NCBI GenBank assembly: GCA_020184695.1
Contig: JAANOX010000085.1
Span: 1-64,000, forward strand
DNA length: 64,000 nt
Source of the DNA: Histomonas meleagridis 2922-C6/04-290x
Lineage: Eukaryota; Protista; Parabasalia
Direction of reading: 5' to 3'
The translations under genes and the position numbers were made by a program. Of this stretch, positions 11,528 to 22,180 are shown in pieces. How positions within the stretch are numbered: the first letter of the stretch is position 1; the number at the start of each line of letters is the position of its first letter. The notes below the pieces were generated by a model, which was not told where the DNA came from, did no database searches, and saw nothing but the letters and a program-made list of their open reading frames with translations.

Positions 11528-11698
11528 TTGCTGGTTTTTGAAGGATATGCTGTACCAGCAACACACCAACACGCCCAGCTCAATGTACCCTTAGAGTTTC
11601 AAAGACAATTGCACGCCTTTGCCTTTTGCTCCAATGGTAGAATGGCTGAGTAATTGAATATATAAGTGGTCGAGTGGTTGTTCATACGGCAGACAAAT
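11528..11698 (+). ncRNA. Candidate structured ncRNA (possibly H/ACA-like)
   Basis: GC-enriched non-coding island in an AT-rich intergenic region. 8-bp stem TTGCTGGT/ACCAGCAA (11528-11561), then an ANANNA-fitting ACACCA, and ACA at 11693-11695 followed by AT-rich DNA. Confidence 0.25.
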
Positions 11699-12010
11699 TT
11701 GGTTTAAATAAGATTTAAATTGAATTATGCCCTATAGAGATTAAATCATACGAAAGCTATTATCACAAAGAACGATTCAAATGTTGAATTAAAATTTTTA
11801 GGTATTTTTCAGAAATTTTTAAAATTTAATTAATTACTCAAACCCTAAATTATGAAATTTTAATAATCGTAAATCAGATATTGATGTAATAACTGTAATC
11901 ATGGGATAAATTTATCAGGAGAATATATGAGTGCTTTTGGTTAACTAAAATCATTTATTTGAAAATTGATAACATTATTTTAGAGAACGTTAAAAGAGTT
12001 CAAAAAAACC

Positions 12011-12038
12011 AAAAGTGCCACTAACTCAAAAAGTGGCA
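12011..12038. promoter_or_regulatory. AAAAGTG(G/C)C motif pair forming inverted dyad TGCCACT-n9-AGTGGCA upstream of the RAD23-like gene
   Basis: Seen directly. The same motif recurs upstream of other genes and resembles the trichomonad M2-type AAAGTGAC promoter motif. Confidence 0.45.
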
Positions 12039-12043
12039 TTAGA

Positions 12044-12934
12044 ATGCTAATCAACTTAAGATTCATTGATGGAAGTACAATAAAAGTTGAGGCATCTCCC
12101 ACATCAACAGTTTCTAGCTTATCAGACCTAATCCGTAACAAGCGACAGCATTCAGGAAAATATATGTTTATTTATAAAGGCAAAACTTTAAAGGATGACA
12201 CCACAATTGAATCTCTTAAACTTGCAGAGGGTGACTTTATTGTTGTGCATATACCAACATCACACAAACATCGATTACCAAATTCAGAAGATGAAGGTAT
12301 CCCTCACAATCCAAGTCAACCCTCAATTCAACCACTCCCTGACATAACAAGAGAAGGAATGTTTCCACTTGATTTTAATGAAGATGTTGAAATTGATGAA
12401 AACTCAATTAATTCCTTAGTCGAACTTGGGTTTACCAGATCCGAATGTGAGACAGCATTACGTCACACTGGTGGTCGTGTAGATTTAGCTGCTGCACTTT
12501 TAACTAATCCTGATAATTTTTCAGAAGAATTTAATTTGGATCATTCAAATTCCGAAATCACACAAATGATTACACGCCTCCACAACGAAAACCCCGAAGT
12601 CCTTAGACGTATCCTAGCTGAGCTTGACCCTAACATCGCTTCCCTCTACGAGCAGAACCCGAATGTCATTCTTCAAGCGCTTCAAGCTCAGGGCACCCCA
12701 ACTGAGTTAAGCGAAAACGAAACTGATCAAAACGAACAACTCGAGGAAACGGGTGACTCTGGGTTGGTTCCAGGCGTGGAAACAGAAAATGAACTCGAGT
12801 TGACACAAGAAGATGAGTCATCAATCCAAAGATTGCAAGAACTTGGATTTGATAGAATGACCGTTTTACAAGTGTACTTCGCTTGTAATAAGGATGAAAA
12901 CCTTTCGGCGAATTGTCTACTCGCAATTAAATAA
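12044..12934 (+). CDS. RAD23: RAD23-like UBL-UBA ubiquitin shuttle protein
   Basis: N-terminal ubiquitin-like domain (FIYKGKTLKDD), central UBA (LVELGFTRSECETALR), STI1-like region, C-terminal UBA (LQELGFDRMTVLQVYFACNKDENLSANCLL). Confidence 0.85.
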   Translation: MLINLRFIDGSTIKVEASPTSTVSSLSDLIRNKRQHSGKYMFIYKGKTLKDDTTIESLKLAEGDFIVVHIPTSHKHRLPNSEDEGIPHNPSQPSIQPLPDITREGMFPLDFNEDVEIDENSINSLVELGFTRSECETALRHTGGRVDLAAALLTNPDNFSEEFNLDHSNSEITQMITRLHNENPEVLRRILAELDPNIASLYEQNPNVILQALQAQGTPTELSENETDQNEQLEETGDSGLVPGVETENELELTQEDESSIQRLQELGFDRMTVLQVYFACNKDENLSANCLLAIK

Positions 12935-13182
12935 TATAAAAATGTTTGTCTTAAACTTAAAATAACAAGTTTTGGTTTGACTTAAATTTCCTTTGTATTT
13001 GATTTCTTTTGGGGATGAACTTGGAAGAAGAATGTTTGTTTATCTTAAATTTTTATTTATTTTTTTATTCATTTTCAGGTTGAAATAATTTTGATCGTTT
13101 CGTATCGAATTTACGTTCAAAAAGTTGTCATAATACGGTTGGAAAAAAGTTTTGTTTTATGAAATCATTTATTTTTTTATAA

Positions 13183-13422
13183 ATGAAGACTTCGCGTTTC
13201 TGGAATTCCTTGTTTAAGGTGTCAGAAGGAGAATCTTTCGATAATTTTTATAATTCGCCACCACTATTAGATATTTTTGAAAGCACAGTTATATCTTCCA
13301 CAATTTTAAGAAGAAAAAATTTACAACCAAAAATAAATACATTCGCAATACCGGGAAAGCTTCCGTTAAGAAGAAATGTAACTAGAAGGAATGTTCGAAT
13401 CCCAACAAAACTCAGAACTTAA
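13183..13422 (+). CDS. 79-aa mini-paralog of the N-terminus of the downstream repeat protein
   Basis: MKTSRFWNSLFKVSEGESF vs METSEFWNSLFKVSEDESF; KLPLRRNVTRRNVRIPTKLR vs KLPPRRTGIRRNVRGPSRLR. Confidence 0.7.
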   Translation: MKTSRFWNSLFKVSEGESFDNFYNSPPLLDIFESTVISSTILRRKNLQPKINTFAIPGKLPLRRNVTRRNVRIPTKLRT

Positions 13423-13536
13423 CAATGTTACCACAATAATTGATTGGGACAATCTAAAATGGGGTGAAGTCAATTTGAACGGTTTACGTAAACTGTAAGA
13501 AATTTGTTTGGTTTACATGCAATCACAAGAATTCAA

Positions 13537-16083
13537 ATGGAGACATCTGAGTTTTGGAATTCTCTTTTCAAGGTCTCTGAAGATGAATCTTTCAAACAAT
13601 TTTTTAACTTAACACCATATACTGATCTTTTTTCAGGCACATCACTTAATTTAGATGATTTTTCAATTCCTGGTAGAATCGTTGTTCAAAAGAAAATACA
13701 AATTGTACCAGCTGAACCGCCACCAGAAAAACTTCCTCCAAGAAGAACCGGAATTAGGAGGAATGTTAGAGGTCCATCAAGACTACGAGATTTACAAAAA
13801 CCTGAAGAGCCCAAACCATCTGTGGTTACCTCTACACCATCAAGTCAACCAACAACGCAACAAACAAATGTTTCCAAACCACAGCCAGCAAATATTCCCA
13901 AGTCACAACCAGTTAATGTTCCTAAACCTCAACCAGCAAGTGTTCCTAAGCCGCAACCAACTCCAGTTCCAAAAGAGCCACAAGCAGACGAATCGAACCT
14001 TTCTCCTTTCCAACGTGCCAAGCTTGCAATGGGACAGCCTGCATCAAAGCCAGAACCTAAACCAGAGCCTAAGCCCGAGCCTGTTCCTGAACCTGAACCA
14101 AAACAAGAAATTCCCCAAGAACAAATCACAGAGGAACCAAAGGAAGATCAGCACATCGAGGAAGAACCAGAGGCAATTTCCAAACCACAGCTTAAGCCTG
14201 TTCCAAAGCATGAAGAACCTCCAGTCGAGCCACATAAAGAACCTGAAGTCGATGAGTCCAATCTCTCACCGTTCCAGCGTGCAAAACTTGCAGCCCAACG
14301 CGGACAACCTGCACAAGAAACAGTATCAAAGCCGCAGCTTAAGCCTGTACCGAAACATGAAGAGCCTCCAGCTGAACCAACCAAACCACAACTCAAGCCT
14401 GTTCCAAAGCACGAAGAGCCTCCAGCCGAGCCACATAAAGAAGAAGTTGATGAATCGAATCTCTCGCCATTCCAGCGTGCAAAACTTGCAGCACAACGCG
14501 GACAACCTGCACAAGAAACAGTCTCAAAGCCGCAGCTTAAGCCTGTTCCAAAGCACGAAGAACCTCCACCTGAACCACATAAAGAAGAAGTTGATGAATC
14601 GAATCTCTCGCCATTCCAGCGTGCAAAACTTGCAGCCCAACGCGGACAACCTGCACAAGAAACAGTCTCAAAGCCACAGCTTAAGCCTGTACCGAAACAT
14701 GAAGAGCCTCCAGCTGAACCAACCAAACCACAACTCAAGCCTGTTCCAAAGCATGAAGAGCCACCACCTGAACCACATAAAGAACCTGAAGTCGATGAGT
14801 CCAATCTCTCACCGTTCCAGCGTGCAAAACTTGCAGCCCAACGCGGACAACCTGCACAAGAAACAGTATCAAAGCCGCAGCTTAAGCCTGTACCGAAACA
14901 TGAAGAGCCTCCAGCTGAACCAACCAAACCACAACTCAAGCCTGTTCCAAAGCACGAAGAGCCTCCAGCCGAGCCACATAAAGAAGAAGTTGATGAATCG
15001 AATCTCTCGCCATTCCAGCGAGCCAAGCTTGCAGCACAACGCGGACAGCCTGCTGCAGCCGCCACAACGCCAAAACCAGCTGCTGCACCCTCAGAGCCAG
15101 CTAAGCCGCAACTTAAGCCTGTTCCGAAGCACGAAGAGCCTCCACATAAAGAACCTGAAGTTGACGAATCGAATCTTTCACCCTTCCAACGTGCGAAACT
15201 TGCCGCACAACGCGGACAACCTTCTACAGCAACTACAACAGCTCCTCCGAAGCCAACGCCGGCAGCTAAGCCTTCGCCAGCGCCAGCACAAGAGCAGCAT
15301 AAAGAACCCGAAGTTGACGAATCCAACCTCACTCCATTCCAGCGCGCAAGACTCGCTGCACAGCGCGGACAAGGGCAGCCATCTGCGCCGTCCAAGCCCG
15401 CGCCCGCTCATCCGCCGACGCCAAAGCCTGCGCCTGCGCCTGCGCAACCTCCTGCACCAAAGGAGCCCGAAGTTGACGAATCGAATCTCACTCCATTCCA
15501 GCGCGCTCGCCTCGCCGCACAACGCGGACAAGGCCAAGCTCCATCTCAGCCATCAACGCCGAAGCCAACACCCGCAGCTAAGCCAGCGCCAGCACCGGAA
15601 CCACATAAAGAACCCGAAGTCGACGAATCGAATCTTTCGCCATTCCAACGCGCACGACTCGCTGCTATGCGCGGACAAGGGCAAAGTGCTCCACAGCCGG
15701 CAGCGCATAAGCCATCAGCACCTGCTCCAAAACCTGCGCCGGAGCCGCATAAAGAACCCGAAGTTGACGAGTCGAATCTTTCGCCGTTCCAACGCGCACG
15801 ACTCGCTGCAATGCGCGGCGTGGGACAAGACACGCATTCTGTAGCAAATGAAGCGAAGCCAGTTGAAGCGCCACAACCAGAAGAAACAGAGCAACAGCAA
15901 CAGCCTCCACAAGAAGATGAAGAGCAGCCGCATAAAGTGGTGCAAACAAGAAGGAGAATGACGCGAAGGGGCGCAAGAGCGCCATCGGTTCTTAATGATC
16001 TCAAACCAAAAGCAAACGAAGAGAACATGAGTCACCTCACAGAAAATAATGAGGAAACAGAACCAGTAACTCAAGAAGAATGA
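13537..16083 (+). CDS. Pro/Glu/Lys-rich repeat protein with 11 copies of DESNL(S/T)PFQRA(K/R)LA
   Basis: Long ORF. ATG at 13537 aligns with the upstream paralog's Met. Repeats vary synonymously at DNA level while the peptide is conserved. Confidence 0.88.
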   Translation: METSEFWNSLFKVSEDESFKQFFNLTPYTDLFSGTSLNLDDFSIPGRIVVQKKIQIVPAEPPPEKLPPRRTGIRRNVRGPSRLRDLQKPEEPKPSVVTSTPSSQPTTQQTNVSKPQPANIPKSQPVNVPKPQPASVPKPQPTPVPKEPQADESNLSPFQRAKLAMGQPASKPEPKPEPKPEPVPEPEPKQEIPQEQITEEPKEDQHIEEEPEAISKPQLKPVPKHEEPPVEPHKEPEVDESNLSPFQRAKLAAQRGQPAQETVSKPQLKPVPKHEEPPAEPTKPQLKPVPKHEEPPAEPHKEEVDESNLSPFQRAKLAAQRGQPAQETVSKPQLKPVPKHEEPPPEPHKEEVDESNLSPFQRAKLAAQRGQPAQETVSKPQLKPVPKHEEPPAEPTKPQLKPVPKHEEPPPEPHKEPEVDESNLSPFQRAKLAAQRGQPAQETVSKPQLKPVPKHEEPPAEPTKPQLKPVPKHEEPPAEPHKEEVDESNLSPFQRAKLAAQRGQPAAAATTPKPAAAPSEPAKPQLKPVPKHEEPPHKEPEVDESNLSPFQRAKLAAQRGQPSTATTTAPPKPTPAAKPSPAPAQEQHKEPEVDESNLTPFQRARLAAQRGQGQPSAPSKPAPAHPPTPKPAPAPAQPPAPKEPEVDESNLTPFQRARLAAQRGQGQAPSQPSTPKPTPAAKPAPAPEPHKEPEVDESNLSPFQRARLAAMRGQGQSAPQPAAHKPSAPAPKPAPEPHKEPEVDESNLSPFQRARLAAMRGVGQDTHSVANEAKPVEAPQPEETEQQQQPPQEDEEQPHKVVQTRRRMTRRGARAPSVLNDLKPKANEENMSHLTENNEETEPVTQEE
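13984..15820 (+). repeat. Coding tandem repeats (EVDESNLSPFQRAKLAAQRGQ and KPQLKPVPKHEEPP modules)
   Basis: Seen in translation and DNA. Confidence 0.9.
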
Positions 16084-16523
16084 TAAGTAGTAAACATAAC
16101 AAATCGAATGTAATTTTTGTTGCAGAGAATAGGGCTTAAAAACTACAAAATTAAAAAATATGTAAAGTCAGCAGAAAATGATTAGATGACTTTTTCCGAG
16201 AAAACATTTGTTTATAAAATGAGAAATTTGTTTGAAAATTACTATAAATTTATTAAGATGAAAGATGAACGAATTGCTAAGGTTCCAATTTTTGCAACTG
16301 AACTCCCTGCTGGATGATATCACCATTTAAGTTAGAAAAACAATTTTTTTTGCATTAATATAAAATTTAAATGATGTCTTAATCAAAAAATCTATGTTTT
16401 ATAATATTGTTTATATCAAAAATAATAGCAAGCAACACCAAGCAAATTTTCAAAAATTTGAATAGTTTACGTACAAAATTGAGGGAATCCTGGTCGTTGG
16501 AAATTGACAAACTTTGGTTGAAT

Positions 16524-16528
16524 CCTTT
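16524..16528 (+). promoter_or_regulatory. M5-like CCTTT core promoter element
   Basis: CCTTT 13 nt before the RPS5 ATG. The M5 element is characteristic of trichomonad ribosomal-protein genes. Confidence 0.55.
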
Positions 16529-16540
16529 CTCTCGCTGTAA

Positions 16541-17122
16541 ATGCAAGACGTCAAGCTCTTCGGAAAGTGGTCTTATTCCGATATCGATTTCGAACAACTC
16601 GATAAAGCACTTGTTGATTACATCTCAGTTCACGAAAAACAACAGGTAATTCTCCCACACACAGCAGGCCGTTATCAACATCAACAATTCCACAAGGTAA
16701 ATTGTCCACTTGTTGAACGTTTTGTTTGCTATCTTATGTGCCATGGTCGTAATGCAGGTAAGAAGCTTATGGCTATTCGCATTGTTCGTCAAGCATTTGA
16801 TCTCATCAATTTAGTTACAGGCGAAAACCCACTTGTTGTCTTTGTTAAGGCTGTTCAATATTGTGGTGCTCGCGAAGATTCAACACGTATTGGTGTTGGT
16901 GGTACAGTTCGTCGTCAAGCATGTGATGTATCACCACTCCGTCGTATCAACCAATCACTCGCTCTCATCACAGAAGGTGCACGTAAGTCTGCATTCCGTT
17001 CATCCAAGACAATTGCAGAATGCCTTGCCGATGAACTCATTGCAGCATCAGGTAATACAAATGACAGTTACGCAGTTCGTAAGAAGGATGAACTTGAACG
17101 TATTGCCAAATCCAACCGTTAA
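16541..17122 (+). CDS. RPS5: 40S ribosomal protein S5 (uS7)
   Basis: [48 protein letters not shown]. Confidence 0.98.
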   Translation: MQDVKLFGKWSYSDIDFEQLDKALVDYISVHEKQQVILPHTAGRYQHQQFHKVNCPLVERFVCYLMCHGRNAGKKLMAIRIVRQAFDLINLVTGENPLVVFVKAVQYCGAREDSTRIGVGGTVRRQACDVSPLRRINQSLALITEGARKSAFRSSKTIAECLADELIAASGNTNDSYAVRKKDELERIAKSNR

Positions 17123-17309
17123 ACAGTACAAATTGTCATGATAATTTTTTCTTTCATTTTAAAATAAATAATAATATGGTATTTTAAAAATAAATAAAAT
17201 GGTAAACACCATTGTTCAATAGATAAAGAACTATTCTTTTTAAAAAAACATTTCATTTTGTTAACGGTCTCCTTTGACGGTTTAATTCGTTATCCTCAAT
17301 AATAAAACA

Positions 17310-17759
17310 ATGGAAATCAACTTTAATCAAGAAGATAAAGAAGCTGCAAAAGAAGTATTTGATAGGGTAAAAGAATCTGACTCAGACACAGCATCATTAT
17401 TTGAAGTTGTTGATGCACTTCGACTTCTAGGATTACCCGCACAATCAGACAAATTATACAAAGAAAATAAGAGCTGGGATGTAAATTTCGAACAATTTTG
17501 CATGATTTATTCCAAAATGAAAGAAGAAAAAGACAAAAAAGAACTTAATGACCTTGTTCTTCAATCATTTGAAGCACTTGGAGGAAATTCAAATCAGCAA
17601 GGTGCTATTGATGTCAACAAATTAACAGACATTTTTAGTTTTTATCAACTGGATATAGAACCTGAAGATTTTCTCCAAAGAGCGAATCTTGATTTAAGTA
17701 GCACAATTTTGTATGAGGATTACCTGCAAATTTTTGAACTCTCTGGGACGCGTCAATAA
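17310..17759 (+). CDS. Degenerate EF-hand (calmodulin/centrin-like) protein
   Basis: Four helix-loop-helix segments (EVFDRVKE...; VNFEQFCMIY; QSFEALGG...GAIDVNKL; ILYEDYLQIF). Confidence 0.7.
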   Translation: MEINFNQEDKEAAKEVFDRVKESDSDTASLFEVVDALRLLGLPAQSDKLYKENKSWDVNFEQFCMIYSKMKEEKDKKELNDLVLQSFEALGGNSNQQGAIDVNKLTDIFSFYQLDIEPEDFLQRANLDLSSTILYEDYLQIFELSGTRQ

Positions 17760-18934
17760 ATATTAAGTTTTGATGTTAAAACTATTGATAGGAAAACCAA
17801 TTTAAAATTTGTACATTTGCCTAACATTCATTTAATTTATTATATTAATATAATAAATTTATATTTTTTGGGACTAAAAAAATTTTTTTCATCTTACGTA
17901 AGCAGTACCGATTAAATGAGTTGAAAAAAGAAATATATTATAGCATTAAACATTTATTAAGTCAATTTTAGATCAAATGTTTTAGAGATTTCGGAATAGC
18001 ATGCACTGAAATCTCCTTCTATAAATCCATTAAAATCATCAGTACTGATGATCAGCATCACAACCATCATTATTACTTCTAATAAACATTTCTTTTTAAT
18101 GTTATTGAAGATGCTTCTTTCAAGTAGTTTCTGCTGTTTTTGGATGTAAAAAAATTCTAATATTTTTTCGTAGAATAATATTGTCAACTCAAATAGATGA
18201 ATGAACTCTCCACATCAAATGGGTATTGCTTTTTGAGACAGATCTTTTTTGTCTATTGCTTTAAATACTTTCCTAATAAATCTCTTCTTCCTTATCAATA
18301 GATCTTGAAGAACTTAGAAACTAATTTAAGTCATTTCCCTGGTTTTTCTAGTTATGTGTAGTATGTGTGTGTCATGAATTCTGAAAATTTGTGCGAGGAA
18401 TGGATTTGTGATGATGTGTCCATGTATTAAACATTGTTTATACAATAAATAAATTTATCAATTTGATAGCGCTCATGGGCAAAATGCAAATAAAGCTAGA
18501 ACATGTAATCCTATAAAATATTTTATATATTTTTCAACATACCGAAACATCATCTCAATCAATGAATTTGAATAAAATGCTACAATAAATCCATGGATAT
18601 TGAAGATTATTATGTAAATTCAAATGGATTAAATGAGTTCCTAAAGATATATTCTCTACATAAATGTAATAATTCAACACAAAGGCTTAATATCGAATTA
18701 TCCACACGATATCTTATCCATTTTATATAAATAGTTTATTTTATTCTTCTTTTTCAGTAAAATTTCTGAATTCTTTTGTTATCCACATATTTAAAATCAT
18801 TTTTTTTTTCTTTTAAGTTATACATCATATTCCTTTATACAAATTCGATATAAAGTGAAAATGTTAAAATCAAAAATCGAAAAACATAACAAAATTTTAT
18901 TATAAAAATTTATTTTATATTTATTACCTCATAT

Positions 18935-21900
18935 TCACTGCCTTTTTTCTTTCCATTGATTATATTGCTCCAACAGAAACATTAAAAGCTGAGGAGCCTT
19001 TTCACCGAATTTATTAATAATTTCGGTATTAGAATAAATAATACTAAAAGCCCTAAACAAACCCACAGATATATTCTCTTTTGGCAAATCATAAGATTCA
19101 TATTCTTTATTAAAGTTTATAAACCAATCACAAATCCAATATAAAATAATAATCACATTTCCTTCACTCTTTAAACAATTATCATTTGTTTCCACCAAAT
19201 AAACGATTAACAAAAACGCATAAACAATAGAAGGCGCAGAATATTTAAACTGCGAAGAATTCAAAAACAAATTAATTGCCAACTCACGCACATTCACGAA
19301 ATTCGGGACATTATTTAAATAGTTCAAAATAAACAAAGAAAAAGAAGACATACAAATTGTATAAGTTTCAGAGTCATTGATATCATTATCACCATCCAAA
19401 ACATTAATAATATTTTGATACATCATTAATATATTATTAATATTTTCATCATTAAATGGGGTTTTCATATTATATATTTGGATGAATTGTTCGAATATAA
19501 TTGGCAAATAAATTGGTGAAAATGTTTTAATTATTTGGAAATATGATAAAATTGATTGTGTAACAAATTGTTGATTTTGATAATTTAATATAATACTTGT
19601 TTTAATTAAAGGTATTCCTGCAACACGTGTAGCTTCATTACAAATTAAATTGGGCAAATTTGGTATGAAATTAGTTTGGAATTGTTGTTGGATTATTAAA
19701 TGATTAAAATATGGACTTAAAACCATTATATGGATTAAGGCACAAATATCTTCAATGGCATTATTATAAAAATCGATATCACGATCAATATCTTCATCTG
19801 ATTGTAACATTTCTTGTTGAATACCAAATTGTTCTAATGTTTGAACGATTACACTTTTATTGTCCAAAAACTTCTTTAATAAAAATTGAAGATTTCCAAA
19901 TAATTCATTAAGTTGTTCTTCATTCATCCATTGTAAGTGGATAATAAGTTCAATTATATATTTACATTGGACAACAAATTTTTGTGATTGAATTGGTTCA
20001 TCGATAAATCGAATGATTGAATTGATTGTAAACATACTTAAGTAAAAAAATTGATTTAATATTTCTTTATTATTTCGAAATATTTTTATAATTTTAGTTA
20101 ATAATGTTAATAATGTATTAATTATAGTTAATGAAAAACTTGTTTTTGTAACTATGTTTTGAGTAAAGTTAAATATTATTTCTAAATATGGTTCAAAATT
20201 AATATTTAATCTATATAATAATGAAATTATTAAATCAATTTTTTGATTAAATCCATCAATAGTCGATTTTAATGAGAAAGATTTTGATGTTTTTTCTTTT
20301 GATGTTAATTTATAATAAATTGATAATGGATATATCGAAGAATCTTCTAATACATTTATAGTATATACATTAATATCTTTTTGTAAATATTGTATAATGC
20401 TTTGACTAATTTCTTTAATCGAATTAATATTAGCAATTAATATTAAGTTTTTTAATGCTTCATAACAAGAAATATCAAAATTCTCATCAATATATTTGTT
20501 TTGTAATATTAATAATTCATTTAAGAAAAAATTCGTATAGTCATCAGTTTCTAATGGTAAATTTTGATTCATAATATTAATTACAGCTCCATAATATACA
20601 TTAATTATTGCAATCTTTAATTGTGGGAATTGTATTATATTAGGATAAATTTGTTTGGTGATTTCTAATGTTTGCATTGCATAAGGTTGATATTCAGTCT
20701 TTAAACATGACTCGAATTTATATATAATTTTGAAAATATATTGTTGAAGTTCAATTGGTACTTGTCTTAATAAAGAAATTAACATATCGAAGTTAAAGAA
20801 TTTATATAAACTATATGGTGTAATCTCATGATAATATGATAATAATGCTTTAGCTCCTGCTTTTCGTACTTTAGGATGTTGTTCTTTTGGGAAATTAAGT
20901 AAAAATGGTAAAATTGTATCTTGTCCTAATATTTGATATGTCTCTGATTTCACTAATGATAAATTAGATATGATTTTATAGACTGATACACGTAACTTAA
21001 GTTGCGAAAATTGTGGCATTTGAATAATGGTTAATAACTCAATCGTAAAGAGTACTGCTTCATCTTCTTGTATATTCATCCATTCAATATGTCTCATTGC
21101 TGAATACGCTACAAATATGGAGTGTATTTGTTGCCATGTAATGTTCGATTGCTTAAATAACTCATTATTATATTGATTGACAAATTCTAAATAATTGGGA
21201 GTGCTTGAGTCTTTTAAAATACTTTGTAAGACTTCTTTGGCACAATCACATGGCAAAATGTTGTTGTAATCTTTTTCAATGGAAAAGTGCTCGTCGGTTT
21301 CCTCAATGATTTTGAATAAACATAAGAAAACGTTGTTGATAAAACATTGAGAATTGGAACATAAGGCAGGTGAGCCTTTAGCAAGTGAAGCAAAGACATA
21401 GATGGCAAGATTACGAAATGGACATGTTCGAGAAGATGCAATCGTACAAAGAAATTGAATGAGATTGGGTAAAATGCTCTGAAATTTATTACCATGATTC
21501 TCAGCAAATAAGTCAATGGATGTTAAGAGACCTGGAAGTTGTTTTTGTGGAAATGTTGATATCAAATGTAAAAATGCTTGTGGACAAAAGTCATTATCTA
21601 CAATGCCCCAAACAGAGAGGACTAATTGCGCACGTGGAAGAATTGAGGATTCATATGTTAACTCTTTGGATATTAAAGCAAATAAAAAATCTGGACTAAA
21701 ACCTGCAAAATCTTCACTATCAAGAAGAATTTCGATGATAATAGAGAATACATATGTTTCAAACTGTGCATTTTGTGATAATTCCATAATGTATTGTTGA
21801 ATAATCGTTGATTGAGTTTGTTTATAAGTTGTTGTTGCAAATAATGCAATAAGAGAAGTAATTAATGATTTGGAATTTTCTGGGAGCATTTGATTTGAAA

Positions 21901-22180
21901 GTATTTTTGGTATTTCTTGAGAAAAAATTTGCCAAAATGTATTTTGAAATTCAACGGATTGAAATAAATTACCTACCTTTATACCACGGGAAAGAAGAGT
22001 TGCACCTATTTGAGAATTTCTTGGATTTTGACTATTTGCTATAATCATCTGTAAGGAAAAAATTTCAAAATCCATTGGACAGGCTCCTAAAAACTCAAGC
22101 AATACTTTTTCGCTATTAACACGAGTTTCACTATTTGATAAAGAATCATTTGCAAGATTGCAAAAAGTTTCCAAATTCAT
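18935..22180 (-). CDS. HEAT-repeat karyopherin-beta/importin-like protein (divergent)
   Basis: 1081 aa. N-terminal importin-beta-like start (ETRVNSEKVLLEFL), FRNLAIYVFASLAKGSP, HPKVRKAGAKAL, PCDCAKEVLQ motifs. Confidence 0.6.
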   Translation of the reverse strand: MNLETFCNLANDSLSNSETRVNSEKVLLEFLGACPMDFEIFSLQMIIANSQNPRNSQIGATLLSRGIKVGNLFQSVEFQNTFWQIFSQEIPKILSNQMLPENSKSLITSLIALFATTTYKQTQSTIIQQYIMELSQNAQFETYVFSIIIEILLDSEDFAGFSPDFLFALISKELTYESSILPRAQLVLSVWGIVDNDFCPQAFLHLISTFPQKQLPGLLTSIDLFAENHGNKFQSILPNLIQFLCTIASSRTCPFRNLAIYVFASLAKGSPALCSNSQCFINNVFLCLFKIIEETDEHFSIEKDYNNILPCDCAKEVLQSILKDSSTPNYLEFVNQYNNELFKQSNITWQQIHSIFVAYSAMRHIEWMNIQEDEAVLFTIELLTIIQMPQFSQLKLRVSVYKIISNLSLVKSETYQILGQDTILPFLLNFPKEQHPKVRKAGAKALLSYYHEITPYSLYKFFNFDMLISLLRQVPIELQQYIFKIIYKFESCLKTEYQPYAMQTLEITKQIYPNIIQFPQLKIAIINVYYGAVINIMNQNLPLETDDYTNFFLNELLILQNKYIDENFDISCYEALKNLILIANINSIKEISQSIIQYLQKDINVYTINVLEDSSIYPLSIYYKLTSKEKTSKSFSLKSTIDGFNQKIDLIISLLYRLNINFEPYLEIIFNFTQNIVTKTSFSLTIINTLLTLLTKIIKIFRNNKEILNQFFYLSMFTINSIIRFIDEPIQSQKFVVQCKYIIELIIHLQWMNEEQLNELFGNLQFLLKKFLDNKSVIVQTLEQFGIQQEMLQSDEDIDRDIDFYNNAIEDICALIHIMVLSPYFNHLIIQQQFQTNFIPNLPNLICNEATRVAGIPLIKTSIILNYQNQQFVTQSILSYFQIIKTFSPIYLPIIFEQFIQIYNMKTPFNDENINNILMMYQNIINVLDGDNDINDSETYTICMSSFSLFILNYLNNVPNFVNVRELAINLFLNSSQFKYSAPSIVYAFLLIVYLVETNDNCLKSEGNVIIILYWICDWFINFNKEYESYDLPKENISVGLFRAFSIIYSNTEIINKFGEKAPQLLMFLLEQYNQWKEKRQ

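Noticed and set aside
11840-11852. AAACCCTAAA as telomeric or telomerase-template sequence
   Set aside because: Single short match, expected by chance.
13655-16074. Long alternative-frame and antisense ORFs over the repeat protein (729 aa, 415 aa, etc.)
   Set aside because: Shadow ORFs caused by repetitive, GC-richer, stop-poor codon usage.
18035-18052. 18-bp perfect palindrome ATCATCAGTACTGATGAT
   Set aside because: Single, fairly AT-rich, no supporting context; compatible with chance.
17950-18430. Possible decayed gene on the minus strand
   Set aside because: Codon-like patches, but no recognisable family and many stops.
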